From NCBI GenBank assembly GCA_040289265.1, contig PSKW01000002.1:28709-92708 (forward strand): a stretch of DNA of 64,000 nt. The letters are read 5' to 3'. Position numbers and translations under genes: made by a program. The notes beneath the pieces were generated by a model that searched no databases, had not been told where the DNA came from, and saw only the letters and a program-made list of their open reading frames with translations. How positions within the stretch are numbered: the stretch's first letter is position 1; every line of letters starts with the position of its first letter. Shown piece by piece: positions 26,885 to 35,768 of this stretch. This DNA is from Gemmataceae bacterium. GTDB lineage: Bacteria; Planctomycetota; Planctomycetia; Gemmatales; HRBIN36.

Positions 26885-28585
26885 ATGGGGCGCCGGGTCA
26901 CAGTGCTCATGATGATCATGGTGTCGCTGGGTGTGTCAGCAGCCGGGGAGCGTTCCGATCCGGCTCCCTATCGGTCAGGCAGATCGGTGGTGATGGCGCG
27001 CCACGGGATGGTGGCAACCAGTCATCCCCTGGCTGTGCAAATCGGCCTGGACGTCCTCAAACGCGGCGGCAATGCCGTGGATGCTGCCGTGGCTACCAGT
27101 GCTGCCATGGGCTTGTTGGAGCCGATGTCCTGCGGTATAGGAGGCGACCTGTACGCCCTGGTTTGGGATGCCAAGACCGGAAAACTGTACGGCTTGAACG
27201 CCAGCGGGCGTGCCCCCTATGCCGCCACCCGAGAGTATTTCTTGCAGCGGGGCATGAAGCAGATCCCCACCACAGGGCCATTGAGTTGGTCCGTGCCCGG
27301 TTGTGTAGACGGCTGGGCCCAACTCCTCGAGCGTTTCGGCAGCAAAAGCTTGAAAGAGCTTCTGGAGCCGAGTATCCGCTATGCCGAGGAAGGCGTCCCG
27401 GTGCCTGAAGTGATCGCCGGCTACTGGCGGGCCGCAGAAAAGACCTTGTCGCGTCACCCAGGCACGGCGCGCACCTATCTACCTCAGGGGCGTGCGCCAC
27501 GGCCCGGCGAGGTTTTCCGCAATCCCTACCTGGCCCGGACTTATCGTCTGTTGGCCGAGCAAGGCCGCGACGCCTTTTACCGCGGACGCATCGCCGCGGA
27601 GATCGTAGCCTTTTCGCGCAGTGCAGGCGGCCTTTTCTCCATGAAAGACTTCCAGGAGCACACGTCCACTTGGGTAGATCCTGTGGCCACGACGTACCGT
27701 GGTTACGAAATCTACGAGTTGCCTCCGCCCGGACAGGGTATCAGCGTTTTGCAAATGCTCAATATCCTCGAGGGTTACGACCTGGCACGCTGGGGTTTTC
27801 ATGCGCCGGACTATTGGCACGTCCTGATCGAAACCAAAAAGCTGGTTTATGCCGACCGCGCGCGTTATTATGCCGATCCACAATTCGCCCAGGTACCAGT
27901 CAGCCAACTGATCTCCAAAGACTATGCCGATCGGCGGCGACGCTCGATCCGCATGGACCGTTGCCTGGAAGAAGTAGCGCCGGGCCAATTTGCCGACAGC
28001 TCCGACACCATCTACCTGTGCGTGGTTGACGAGCAGCGCAATTGCGTGTCCCTGATTCAAAGCAATTATTTCGGTTTCGGTTCCGGCCTGGTTCCCGGCG
28101 AGCTGGGCTTCGTTCTGCAAAACCGCGGGGCACTGTTCGCGCTCGACGAGCATCACCCCAACCGACTGGAGCCCGGCAAACGACCGTTCCACACCATCAT
28201 TCCTGCCATGGCACTCAAACAAGGAAAACCCTGGCTGGTTTTCGGCGTCATGGGCGGAGACATGCAACCCCAGGGCCAAGTGCAGGTGCTAGTCAATCTG
28301 ATAGACTTCGGCATGAATGTCCAGCAAGCGGGAGAGGCGCCGCGCATCGAACATCGAGGCTCTGCGACGCCTACCGGGTTGCCCCCTGAGCCCAAAGGAG
28401 GCACGGTTCTCGCCGAGCGAGGATTGCCGGAAGCTATCGTCGCCGAACTGCGCCGGCGCGGGCATCGAGTCGTGCACACAGGCACGAATGGTGGCGGTTA
28501 TCAGGCCATCCTGATAGACCAGGCCACCGGCGTACTGCATGGTGCTTCCGAGCCGCGCAAAGACGGTTGCGCCGCCGGGTATTGA
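26885..28585 (+). CDS. ggt: gamma-glutamyltransferase
   Basis: 566 aa with a signal peptide. Motifs: MVATSHPLAVQIGLDVLKRGGNAVDAAVA, GIGGDLYALVWD, the nucleophile region DTIYLCVVD, PFHTIIPAM, and GVMGGDMQPQGQVQ. Confidence 0.92.
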   Translation: MGRRVTVLMMIMVSLGVSAAGERSDPAPYRSGRSVVMARHGMVATSHPLAVQIGLDVLKRGGNAVDAAVATSAAMGLLEPMSCGIGGDLYALVWDAKTGKLYGLNASGRAPYAATREYFLQRGMKQIPTTGPLSWSVPGCVDGWAQLLERFGSKSLKELLEPSIRYAEEGVPVPEVIAGYWRAAEKTLSRHPGTARTYLPQGRAPRPGEVFRNPYLARTYRLLAEQGRDAFYRGRIAAEIVAFSRSAGGLFSMKDFQEHTSTWVDPVATTYRGYEIYELPPPGQGISVLQMLNILEGYDLARWGFHAPDYWHVLIETKKLVYADRARYYADPQFAQVPVSQLISKDYADRRRRSIRMDRCLEEVAPGQFADSSDTIYLCVVDEQRNCVSLIQSNYFGFGSGLVPGELGFVLQNRGALFALDEHHPNRLEPGKRPFHTIIPAMALKQGKPWLVFGVMGGDMQPQGQVQVLVNLIDFGMNVQQAGEAPRIEHRGSATPTGLPPEPKGGTVLAERGLPEAIVAELRRRGHRVVHTGTNGGGYQAILIDQATGVLHGASEPRKDGCAAGY

Positions 28586-28615
28586 TGCGCCGGTCGTATC
28601 GGGATCTGGAATACC

Positions 28616-29101
28616 ATGTTGCCCTTTTGCGATTATCAACTTTTCTTCGACGATGTAGAGGTTGGTCAACAGTGGGAATCCCTGGGACGGACGGTCACGG
28701 AAGCGGACATCGTGCACTTCGCCGGCTTGAGCGGCGATTTCAATCCCATCCATGTGGACTACGAATTCGCCCGCAAGACGCTTTTCAAAAAGCCGATCGC
28801 CCACGGGCTTCTGGGCATGGCCATTACTAGCGGCCTAGGACTCAACAGCCCACCCATGCGTACTTTGGCGCTCATCCGCATCGAGTCGTGGGAATTCCTC
28901 GAGCCGATCTTCGTCGGCGACACGGTCCGTGTGCGTACCAAGGTGCTTGCCAAAGAGCCACGCGCCCGCGGGCGTCGCGGCCTCATCACCTGGCAACGCG
29001 AATTGATCAATCAGCACGGCATAGTCGTCCAGCGCGGGGTAAGCGTCACGCTCGTCGAGGGACGCGCTGCCGCGCAATCCGACAATTCAGACAGCCAGTA
29101 G
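28616..29101 (+). CDS. MaoC-family dehydratase (R-specific enoyl-CoA hydratase-like hotdog)
   Basis: 161 aa, with TEADIVHFAGLSGDFNPIHVDYEFA...PIAHGLLGMAITSG. Confidence 0.88.
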   Translation: MLPFCDYQLFFDDVEVGQQWESLGRTVTEADIVHFAGLSGDFNPIHVDYEFARKTLFKKPIAHGLLGMAITSGLGLNSPPMRTLALIRIESWEFLEPIFVGDTVRVRTKVLAKEPRARGRRGLITWQRELINQHGIVVQRGVSVTLVEGRAAAQSDNSDSQ

Positions 29102-29282
29102 ACTGGCGGCGCGCTTTCTCGACTTGAAGCCGAACGAAACACTGACCTGCGATATCACTTTGCCCTGAGCCTGGCGGGTTGAACAGCCTGTATTTCCTAT
29201 GTGCGTTGCGTACTCGCCTGGCAGGATCTACAAAAGGGAGAGTCTCGAAGGGTCAGGACCACGCCGAGAGAACAAAAAGTAA

Positions 29283-29456
29283 CCGCAGAGGACGCAGAGA
29301 ACGCAGAGAACGGGGAGAGACCAGGATGAGGGTTTTTCTCCTCTGCGTTTCTCTGCGCTCTCGGCGGTAGGTGCTTTCGTCCAACTTCCGGCGCTCCCTG
29401 GTACGCTGGCTGGGCCGTTCGATTTCTCTGCGCTCTCGGCGGTAGGTGTCTTCGTC
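29283..29456. repeat. REP-like intergenic repeat cluster built from GCAGAGAAC / GTTCTCTGC units
   Basis: Forward units ccgcagaggacgcagagaacgcagagaacgg (29283-29313) face inverted units ctcctctgcgtttctctgcgctctcggcgg (29338-29368). In addition, a 34-bp direct repeat tttctctgcgctctcggcggtaggtg[ct/tc]ttcgtc occurs at 29348-29381 and 29423-29456 (32/34 identical, 75-bp period). Confidence 0.85.
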
Positions 29457-29626
29457 TAACCGTGCTTTCAAAAAGCATTGAGCACCTGCAAGGGACAACA
29501 AAATGGCCGAGTCCCAAGCTACTCCTGTCGGTCCCGATGCCGTGCCGGCGCCTTTTCTCAGTGCCGGCTGTCAGCGCGCCCACACGTTGCCGCCTCGATG
29601 CCCGCCCTGCGGCGGCGTCGCGTCCC

Positions 29627-30253
29627 TCAGTCGCCGACTATTTTAAGCGGGATATCGGCGGCATACTTGCCGAAAACGATCACCGTGAGCTTGGTCTGCT
29701 TGTCCTGGATTTCGCTGGCCGAGACATCCAGGGGCAGCGAGCTCTCGCGTTTGTCGCTACGGAAAGGAAAAGCCGCCAGGGGCTGCTTCTGCTTGCTCAG
29801 TATCAGCAACTTCCAGGTATTGTCGCTGTCCCGATGCACGGTCAGGTACAAGACTGTCACCTCGCGCTCGACGCCTGAGCTGTCGGTAAACCGGCTTTTG
29901 AGCAGGCGTTCTTCGGCAATCGGCTCTTTGCCGGCGACGATCTGTAAACGATGCAGAAAAAGGTACCCGATCGGCGCCCCCTCGGGCTGTTGGACCCCGT
30001 CCAGTTTCCCTTCCTGGAGGTCTTTGCGAGGAATCACCATAAGGCCTGCGCCCTGGATATACAGCCCAGTGGCCTTGCTACAGTCGCCTTCGCATTTCAC
30101 AGGCTGCGGCAATTTGCCGCTCAGTTCCAAAAGCAGCCGTGAAATTTCTTCGACACGGTCGGGCGGAATCGGCTGAAAAACCTGTCCCCGCGTCGGGCCA
30201 GCCCAACAAAGAAACGCCCCCATACCTGCTAGCAGTACTGCAGTCCGCGTCAT
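29627..30253 (-). CDS. hypothetical secreted protein
   Basis: Track ORF 29627..30373, start placed at ATG 30253, which gives the signal peptide MTRTAVLLAGMGAFLCWAGPTRG. ~208 aa. No domain recognised. Confidence 0.55.
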   Translation of the reverse strand: MTRTAVLLAGMGAFLCWAGPTRGQVFQPIPPDRVEEISRLLLELSGKLPQPVKCEGDCSKATGLYIQGAGLMVIPRKDLQEGKLDGVQQPEGAPIGYLFLHRLQIVAGKEPIAEERLLKSRFTDSSGVEREVTVLYLTVHRDSDNTWKLLILSKQKQPLAAFPFRSDKRESSLPLDVSASEIQDKQTKLTVIVFGKYAADIPLKIVGD

Positions 30254-30549
30254 GTTTTCTCCTCCGTTTCCTGAACGGCCCTGCAAGAACCTCAGTATGC
30301 GATGCCCTTTTCGGGGTAAGGTGCACCGGTCCCAGTACCAACGTTGCGTCGGCTGTCGGCAGGATGCCAGCACTTCCAGCTCTGGCTATTGGCGCCGGCA
30401 GGATGCTGGTGCTCCCCCGCTTTCCGAGCAAACCGCATCACCCCAGTCACAACGTGGCTGATTATACACGAGCAAGCCGAGAAAATACAAAAAAGCCGGC
30501 GGGGACTGGCCTCCCCGCCGGCTCCTCGCGATTGCCAACGCGCCTGGCG

Positions 30550-32172
30550 TCAATGATTGAGGATGAACTCGTTGCTGTTGAGCAGGGCCCACAAGATATC
30601 CTGGCACGCCTGGTCAGGCGGCAATTTGCTCACGATTTTGTTGGCTACAGCTAATTCCGCGGCTTCGGGCGGCCGGGATAGAGCAGCCAGGAACAAGTAG
30701 TGCACGCGTCGCGAAGGCGGCAGCGTCAAGGCACGCTGGACGGTACTTCCTGGACGTGCCTTGATGGCATCGTTGAGCTCTCGGCCGTTCATCAGCATGA
30801 GCGCCTGGATGATCGTGCCGTTGTAGGTCACCTCGTTGCCTTCGTCGTCGCCGAAGTTGACCGTGAACGTGCGCAACCAAGTTTCGCGCATCTTGAGGTA
30901 TTCCGTCTCGCTGGCCTTGGTCTTTTCCGCATTGGTGGCGACGAAAATAGAATCCACTAGCTGCTCCGGAGACATTGCCTTGAGCAACATACGGGCGAAG
31001 AAAGGTTCGGCATCTTGTTTGGCGTTGCTTTTGTTGGCCGCGCTGGTCAGTTGGTAGGGCAAGGAATTGCAAATCCAAGTGACCAGACGTTTGAGATCGT
31101 AACCCGAAGCCGCGAAATCGCGTGCCAGCCGGTCGAGCAACTCCGGGTGGGAAACGGGATTGTGTTCGCCGAAATCGTCAACCGGCTTGGTGAAACCACG
31201 GCCCATAAAATGCGCCCACATGCGATTGACGATGGCTTTGGCAAAAAACTCGTCTTTGATCAGCAATCGCGCCAGCTCTTCGCGGCGTTTGAGCTGGGGG
31301 CTGACCTTCGTCCCATCGAAGTATGTCGGCATGGCGGGCAACAGCAAACCGTTGCGCTTCTCGAAGAGGATCACGCCACTGGGATTGAGGCTCATGTCAT
31401 CGTTCAAGGTGTAATAGACGCCTGCATTTTGCCGCCCGTTGGCTTGCAACACCGGCGGATCGCGCGTCACTTGCCGGAAAAAGGCGTTGATCCCCCAAAA
31501 TTCGGGCTGCTTGCGCTCCGTGAGGAATGGATGATCGTGGCACTGCGTACACTGTGTCTGAATCCCCAAGAACAACCGTGTGGTGCGCGACGTGATGGGT
31601 ACCATTTCAAAATGACCGGCCTCGCCGCGCTTTTCGCCGGGAACTTGCTCCCCGCAATGAGCCAAGATGAAATTGACCGCGCCGTTTTCGTCCGCTCTGC
31701 CGCTCGCCGTCAGGAGCTCGTACACCATGCGGTCGTAAGGTTTGTTAGCAGCAAAACACTCTTTGAGCCACTGATGCATCTTGCCGCGATCTATCCCCGG
31801 CTGGTTGGTACGCGTCAGCAGCCATACGGTCCACAGGTTGGCCCAGTTCTCCGCGTAATCGTCCTGATGCAGCAAATGCTGCACGATCTTGGGACGCGGC
31901 CAATTGACCATCCGGTTGATTTCGTCCACAGTGGGAATGCGGCCCACAATATCCAGGAAAACCCTGCGCAAAAACTCGTGCTTGGAAGCGACCGGCGACG
32001 GAGTCAAGCCATTGGCTTGCCATTGTTCACGAATTTTTTCGTTGATGAATTCGATCACCAAGGAGTCCACGACGTCACCGGAAGTGGGCGGCGCCGGCGG
32101 ATCTGCCGATAAACCGAGCAGAGGTATCGTCCCCAATGCGACAGCCAAGCCAAGAAGTATCGGTCGCGTCAT
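30550..32172 (-). CDS. DUF1549/DUF1553 domain-containing protein (planctomycete PSD-type)
   Basis: Track ORF 30550..32283, start at ATG 32172 (signal MTRPILLGLAVALGTIPLLGLSA). DUF1549 block: VIEFINEKIREQWQANGLTPSPVASKHEFLRRVFLDIVGRIPT. Central QCTQCHDHPF. DUF1553-like C-terminus ending QDILWALLNSNEFILNH. Confidence 0.88.
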   Translation of the reverse strand: MTRPILLGLAVALGTIPLLGLSADPPAPPTSGDVVDSLVIEFINEKIREQWQANGLTPSPVASKHEFLRRVFLDIVGRIPTVDEINRMVNWPRPKIVQHLLHQDDYAENWANLWTVWLLTRTNQPGIDRGKMHQWLKECFAANKPYDRMVYELLTASGRADENGAVNFILAHCGEQVPGEKRGEAGHFEMVPITSRTTRLFLGIQTQCTQCHDHPFLTERKQPEFWGINAFFRQVTRDPPVLQANGRQNAGVYYTLNDDMSLNPSGVILFEKRNGLLLPAMPTYFDGTKVSPQLKRREELARLLIKDEFFAKAIVNRMWAHFMGRGFTKPVDDFGEHNPVSHPELLDRLARDFAASGYDLKRLVTWICNSLPYQLTSAANKSNAKQDAEPFFARMLLKAMSPEQLVDSIFVATNAEKTKASETEYLKMRETWLRTFTVNFGDDEGNEVTYNGTIIQALMLMNGRELNDAIKARPGSTVQRALTLPPSRRVHYLFLAALSRPPEAAELAVANKIVSKLPPDQACQDILWALLNSNEFILNH

Positions 32173-32635
32173 CTGCTCCTCCTCACTGCCTCGATCGAGC
32201 CAGCCGTACGCCAGTACGAGCACCTGATGCAAGCTACCTATGGTTTCAGTAAGGGCCATCGTCCCTGCTACCGATGCGTGCACCGGTCCGACCAGCTAGG
32301 CAGATACCGGCAGACGATGTCTCCTGCCGGTTCCTGACCTACGCCGGCCAGGGCTGCACCCTTGCCCGCCCCAACGGGTTGACGGCAACATCCCTGCCGC
32401 GCTCGTGACACATACAGCCGTTAGCCCATTTTGTTAGACCTTCATCCCTTTCTTGCAGTTCCGCACGGCCCCAGAGCCAATGCACGGAGAACCAGCACGG
32501 CGAACAGTTGGCCCCGATTGTACAGGCGTCGTCGGACAGACGCCTGCCACTGATGCTTCAAGCGCTAACGAAACAGTCGTTGCCGCCGATCGGCTCATGT
32601 CCGACGCACTCCCGACCGCCGCCGAATGGACTCGG

Positions 32636-33739
32636 TCATCGCCGCCGGCGGTTAGGCGACGTGGGTCCCAGGAAGTAACGCTCTATTATGCGCAAAAAAC
32701 GCTCGAAAGCGCCCGTCAATCCTCCCTGCTCGCTTTCCGGCAGCGAAGACAATGAGCGCGACCTTTCCGGCGATTGTTCGCTGCACAGTTCGGCAGCTAA
32801 ATCCGTATCCTCCAAGGCATGCAAGCGTTGATCCAACTGTTCGTCGAGATCAGCTGTCGTATCGCATCGCTGCGAACAGATGCGAAATCCGCCTTCGCTG
32901 GTAAAAGTCACCACCGGCTGCGTCATGCGCAGACGGGCCGTGGCCAATCTGCGCCGACCCCAATAGAGTCTAAATTCGCCGAGGTCTGGGCTATCTTGGA
33001 CGACGCCCGGCGCAACCAGCACCGGCTGGCCCAGGTAATACACTCGGTAAGCAAAACTCCGCTGCTGCACTGTTCCGTTCAGCTTGGCGATCTTGATCTC
33101 CAAATCACCGGCAAATGCCACCCGATCGAGCGTCGAAGACAGCAAAAAAGCCGGTCCCACCCACGCTTCAGTGGGCAGTTCCCTCACAGGCATGGTTACA
33201 GGTACGATTCGATCACCGACGCTCATTACCACCTGGCTGGATGTCACCCGCAGCGACTCCGTCAATCGGCGGCGCGAGATAATCTCCAGCGTGCAGCCCG
33301 CTAGGATCCGATCGCCCGCCAACAGACGCGCATGCCAGGTCCCCAGCCGGCGCGTGCGGACAGGAACGGGAATTTGAAACGTCACATCCTGACTGCCCAG
33401 GTCTCGCTCGTTCCAGACAATGCGATAACACCGCTCCAGGTCCCCTTCCGGCCAGGTGATCTCGACGAACGTCGGTACCGACCGCAGGAAAGCGGCGGCA
33501 TCGGGCCCTGCCAGCAGTCCCCGCAACACGACCTTTTCTGGAAAATCGGCTGCCCCGACCGTATCGTTCCAGCACCTTTCTTGGACAACGCCTCGATCCT
33601 TGGCCTCGCAATATGCTGGCAGCCGACCGACCGCTCCAGCAGACGACTGCGTCCGTGGCCGGGTGGTCCGCAAGAGCTTGCAGACGGGCCACAACTCGTT
33701 CTGGAAAACCACACAAAAGCCGAATTCCTCGACACGCAT
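32636..33739 (-). CDS. hypothetical beta-rich protein downstream of the E1 gene
   Basis: 367-aa ORF with no recognisable domain and no signal peptide. It has internally repeated strand-like motifs (LGTWHARLLAGDRILAGCTLEII; LGEFRLYWGRRRLATARLRM). It is on the same strand as the E1/E2/JAB cassette, separated by a 319-bp gap. Confidence 0.55.
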   Translation of the reverse strand: MRVEEFGFCVVFQNELWPVCKLLRTTRPRTQSSAGAVGRLPAYCEAKDRGVVQERCWNDTVGAADFPEKVVLRGLLAGPDAAAFLRSVPTFVEITWPEGDLERCYRIVWNERDLGSQDVTFQIPVPVRTRRLGTWHARLLAGDRILAGCTLEIISRRRLTESLRVTSSQVVMSVGDRIVPVTMPVRELPTEAWVGPAFLLSSTLDRVAFAGDLEIKIAKLNGTVQQRSFAYRVYYLGQPVLVAPGVVQDSPDLGEFRLYWGRRRLATARLRMTQPVVTFTSEGGFRICSQRCDTTADLDEQLDQRLHALEDTDLAAELCSEQSPERSRSLSSLPESEQGGLTGAFERFLRIIERYFLGPTSPNRRRR

Positions 33740-34058
33740 ACGCGGGGCAGCTGCTTTGCTCGAGCCTTTAACGCAAGGCTTTCCTCATGGGCGCCAACTG
33801 TATAACTCGGACTGTCCCCCTCCAGTGAGCCGCTGCAAACCGGCCGATCGTCACGCCCGCCCATCGGCGACTGTTCGACAGAGGTTGCACGACTTATGAA
33901 ATTGTACGATCGCCCCAGCAATCGGACCAACCTATCCCCAAGCGGATTTCGGGAGCCGAGGGCATGCTCAAGCCGTTACCAAGTCTAGCGGGGAAAGGCG
34001 GCCGTGGGTTCAGCGAGGCGACGAGCGATAGGCGGCCCAGTGGCCACATGGGCACCGC

Positions 34059-34880
34059 TCACCCCGGGTGCTCGAGCCGGCTCAAGGCCTCATGCAGCGC
34101 CCGGTCCAAATCGTCCGCGCGGGCCGGCATCTCGCTCTGGCTCGGCGGTCCACACAGCAGACAAGTCTCCAGCCGCGGAACGCAAAAACGATGCACGCGA
34201 GGAGCCTCGTCGAAGATGCCATCCACTTTTTGCAATGCGACCAGAAGCGTCGTGGAGCAGCGATCGGCGCTAGGATCCAAAAGTTGCAGTGTCAGCAGAG
34301 CATGCCACGAAGCGATAGCGAAGATAGCGGCTTTATTGGCCGGAATGCGCAACGCTGCCTGCGCGCCGGCCGGATCGGCATAGTCGGTGCGTGGTTTTTC
34401 GGCTTCCACCGAACGCTGCAAATAACTTGCCACGCACCCGTAACAAGGCCCGTCGGGCACGAAGCGATGGACGAATCCGCCGATGCCGCCGCTGAGGACT
34501 TCGCCCAGGGTCCAGGGTTTCCGCTGCCGACGCATCAAGCTATCGAAACAAAACTTGGCTGCTTCGTTATCCACTGCGCAAACGCCCAGATCGGCTTCGG
34601 CGACACGCTCTGCCAGATCCGCTTGGATCTGCGGGTCGAGAATATCCCACGGGAGCGTTTCCACAAGCAGATCCGCACGGCGTTCGTGAAGCCATTGCGC
34701 TGCCAGCTGTACTTTGAGCCGCCCCGCGCAGGTGGCCGGGAAATAGTGCCGCTCGGCATTGTGGGGCTTGAAGACATCGGGCTCGATGAGCGTCAGCTTG
34801 TGGATACGCGGGTCATGCGCGAGCAGATCGAGGACCACCATGCCGCCGCTGCCAGCTCCTACCTGGATGACGTGGGCCAC
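34059..34880 (-). CDS. ThiF/MoeB-type E1-like adenylyltransferase
   Basis: GTG start preceded by GGAGGGG. Motifs: VIQVGAGSGGMVVLDLL (Rossmann GxGxxG), LIEPDVFKPHNAERH (D..D...N..R), CAVDNEAAKF (Mg/ATP Asp), and two CxxC pairs, CYGC and CLLCG. 273 aa; an adenylation domain only. Confidence 0.85.
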   Translation of the reverse strand: MAHVIQVGAGSGGMVVLDLLAHDPRIHKLTLIEPDVFKPHNAERHYFPATCAGRLKVQLAAQWLHERRADLLVETLPWDILDPQIQADLAERVAEADLGVCAVDNEAAKFCFDSLMRRQRKPWTLGEVLSGGIGGFVHRFVPDGPCYGCVASYLQRSVEAEKPRTDYADPAGAQAALRIPANKAAIFAIASWHALLTLQLLDPSADRCSTTLLVALQKVDGIFDEAPRVHRFCVPRLETCLLCGPPSQSEMPARADDLDRALHEALSRLEHPG

Positions 34881-34917
34881 GAGACGTTTCCCCTCCCCTC
34901 GTGCAGGCCTTGTCCCC

Positions 34918-35343
34918 TCATCGGGCTTCCGGCAAAGGCCACTGTCGCGTCACGTACCACACCTCGTAACAAGCGAGCCAGCGCCAGGCTGCCTGAACCG
35001 CAAAAACACAGGTGTGTTTTGCAGGATCCCAGCGACTGGTAGCAGACAAACTCCCCGTGCGCCACAGGCATAATGTCTGCCCCGACAGCAAATGCGGACA
35101 CGGTTCCAAAGGAGTCAAAACCACTGTTTCCGGCGGGGTCACAGGATAATTGCTGTACAGACGGGTTTCCAAGTCGTAGTCATTGTGCGCCGGACGTAGA
35201 CGGTAGCGCAACAACAAACCGTCCGCGTAGCGGACGACGCGAATACGATAGGCTGGTTCGCGCGTGGCATTGTATTTTTCAATGGCCGGCAACTCGACAG
35301 TGAGCAGCCGCTTTTTGCCCTCCTGCGAGTCGAGAAGTCCCAC
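34918..35343 (-). CDS. prokaryotic E2 (UBC-fold)-like protein
   Basis: 141 aa, GTG start. The core LYSNYPVTPPETVVLTPLEPCPHLLSGQTLCLWRTG...SRWDPAKHT follows the E2 pattern YPxxPP..(x)..H....G..xCL...W.P, with candidate catalytic C92 and H84. It ends 37 nt upstream of the E1 gene. Confidence 0.75.
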   Translation of the reverse strand: MGLLDSQEGKKRLLTVELPAIEKYNATREPAYRIRVVRYADGLLLRYRLRPAHNDYDLETRLYSNYPVTPPETVVLTPLEPCPHLLSGQTLCLWRTGSLSATSRWDPAKHTCVFAVQAAWRWLACYEVWYVTRQWPLPEAR

Positions 35344-35481
35344 GCCGCAATCCCCCGCACGAACGTGGCACTGACCGACGGTGTAGCACGTCGCAGACTA
35401 CCACAGAGCGGCACGAACCGGGGTTTGCCATCCCTTGCGCACCCGGCGTCGCCCCTCGAGTCCAGTGCCCGGCCTCGACCT

Positions 35482-35667
35482 TTACGCGTAATGGCAGGGA
35501 ATGGATTTGATCGCCGAAATCACTTCCTCTTCGCGTACGTCGTCTGCGGTGCCGACGAAGCGCGTCGTGCGCGGGTCCATGACGATCGCGCGTCCTTCTT
35601 CGGCATTGGCTCGCAGCGCTGTCAAGAGCTGTCGGCGCTCGGTGTCATTGAGCGGTCGAAAATCCAT
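35482..35667 (-). CDS. 61-aa hypothetical protein inside the E1/E2/JAB cassette
   Basis: ATG preceded by the strong SD AAGGAGGG (35681-35674) with a 6-nt spacer. Sequence: MDFRPLNDTERRQLLTALRANAEEGRAIVMDPRTTRFVGTADDVREEEVISAIKSIPCHYA. No known domain and no terminal Gly-Gly. Confidence 0.55.
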   Translation of the reverse strand: MDFRPLNDTERRQLLTALRANAEEGRAIVMDPRTTRFVGTADDVREEEVISAIKSIPCHYA

Positions 35668-35768
35668 TGCTCGCCCTCCTTACTTTGACCACCAACCGTT
35701 GACCATACACTACTCCGAGCCGGCGGCAGCGTCTTGGACCGTGCTTTTTCAGACCCGCGCCGGCGGTT

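Noticed and set aside
29283-29456. Possible CRISPR array
   Set aside because: There are only two copies of the 34-bp repeat. The 41-bp spacer region itself contains repeat-derived sequence. Inverted units dominate, and there are no cas genes in the window.
29179-29583. Three track ORFs (29179-29370 +, 29253-29501 -, 29197-29583 -) across the repeat cluster
   Set aside because: They translate to RRERRE / SLRSLR strings generated by the GCAGAGAAC repeats. This is non-coding repeat DNA.
31015-32112. 365-aa plus-strand ORF opposite the DUF1549/DUF1553 gene
   Set aside because: Shadow ORF. The minus-strand frame contains the conserved QCTQCHDHPF and DUF1549/1553 blocks.
34068-35042. 324-aa plus-strand ORF covering the E1/E2 region
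   Set aside because: It is antisense to the minus-strand genes that carry clear ThiF and UBC-like motifs. Its translation is Arg/Ala/Gln-rich with no motifs, a typical high-GC shadow ORF.
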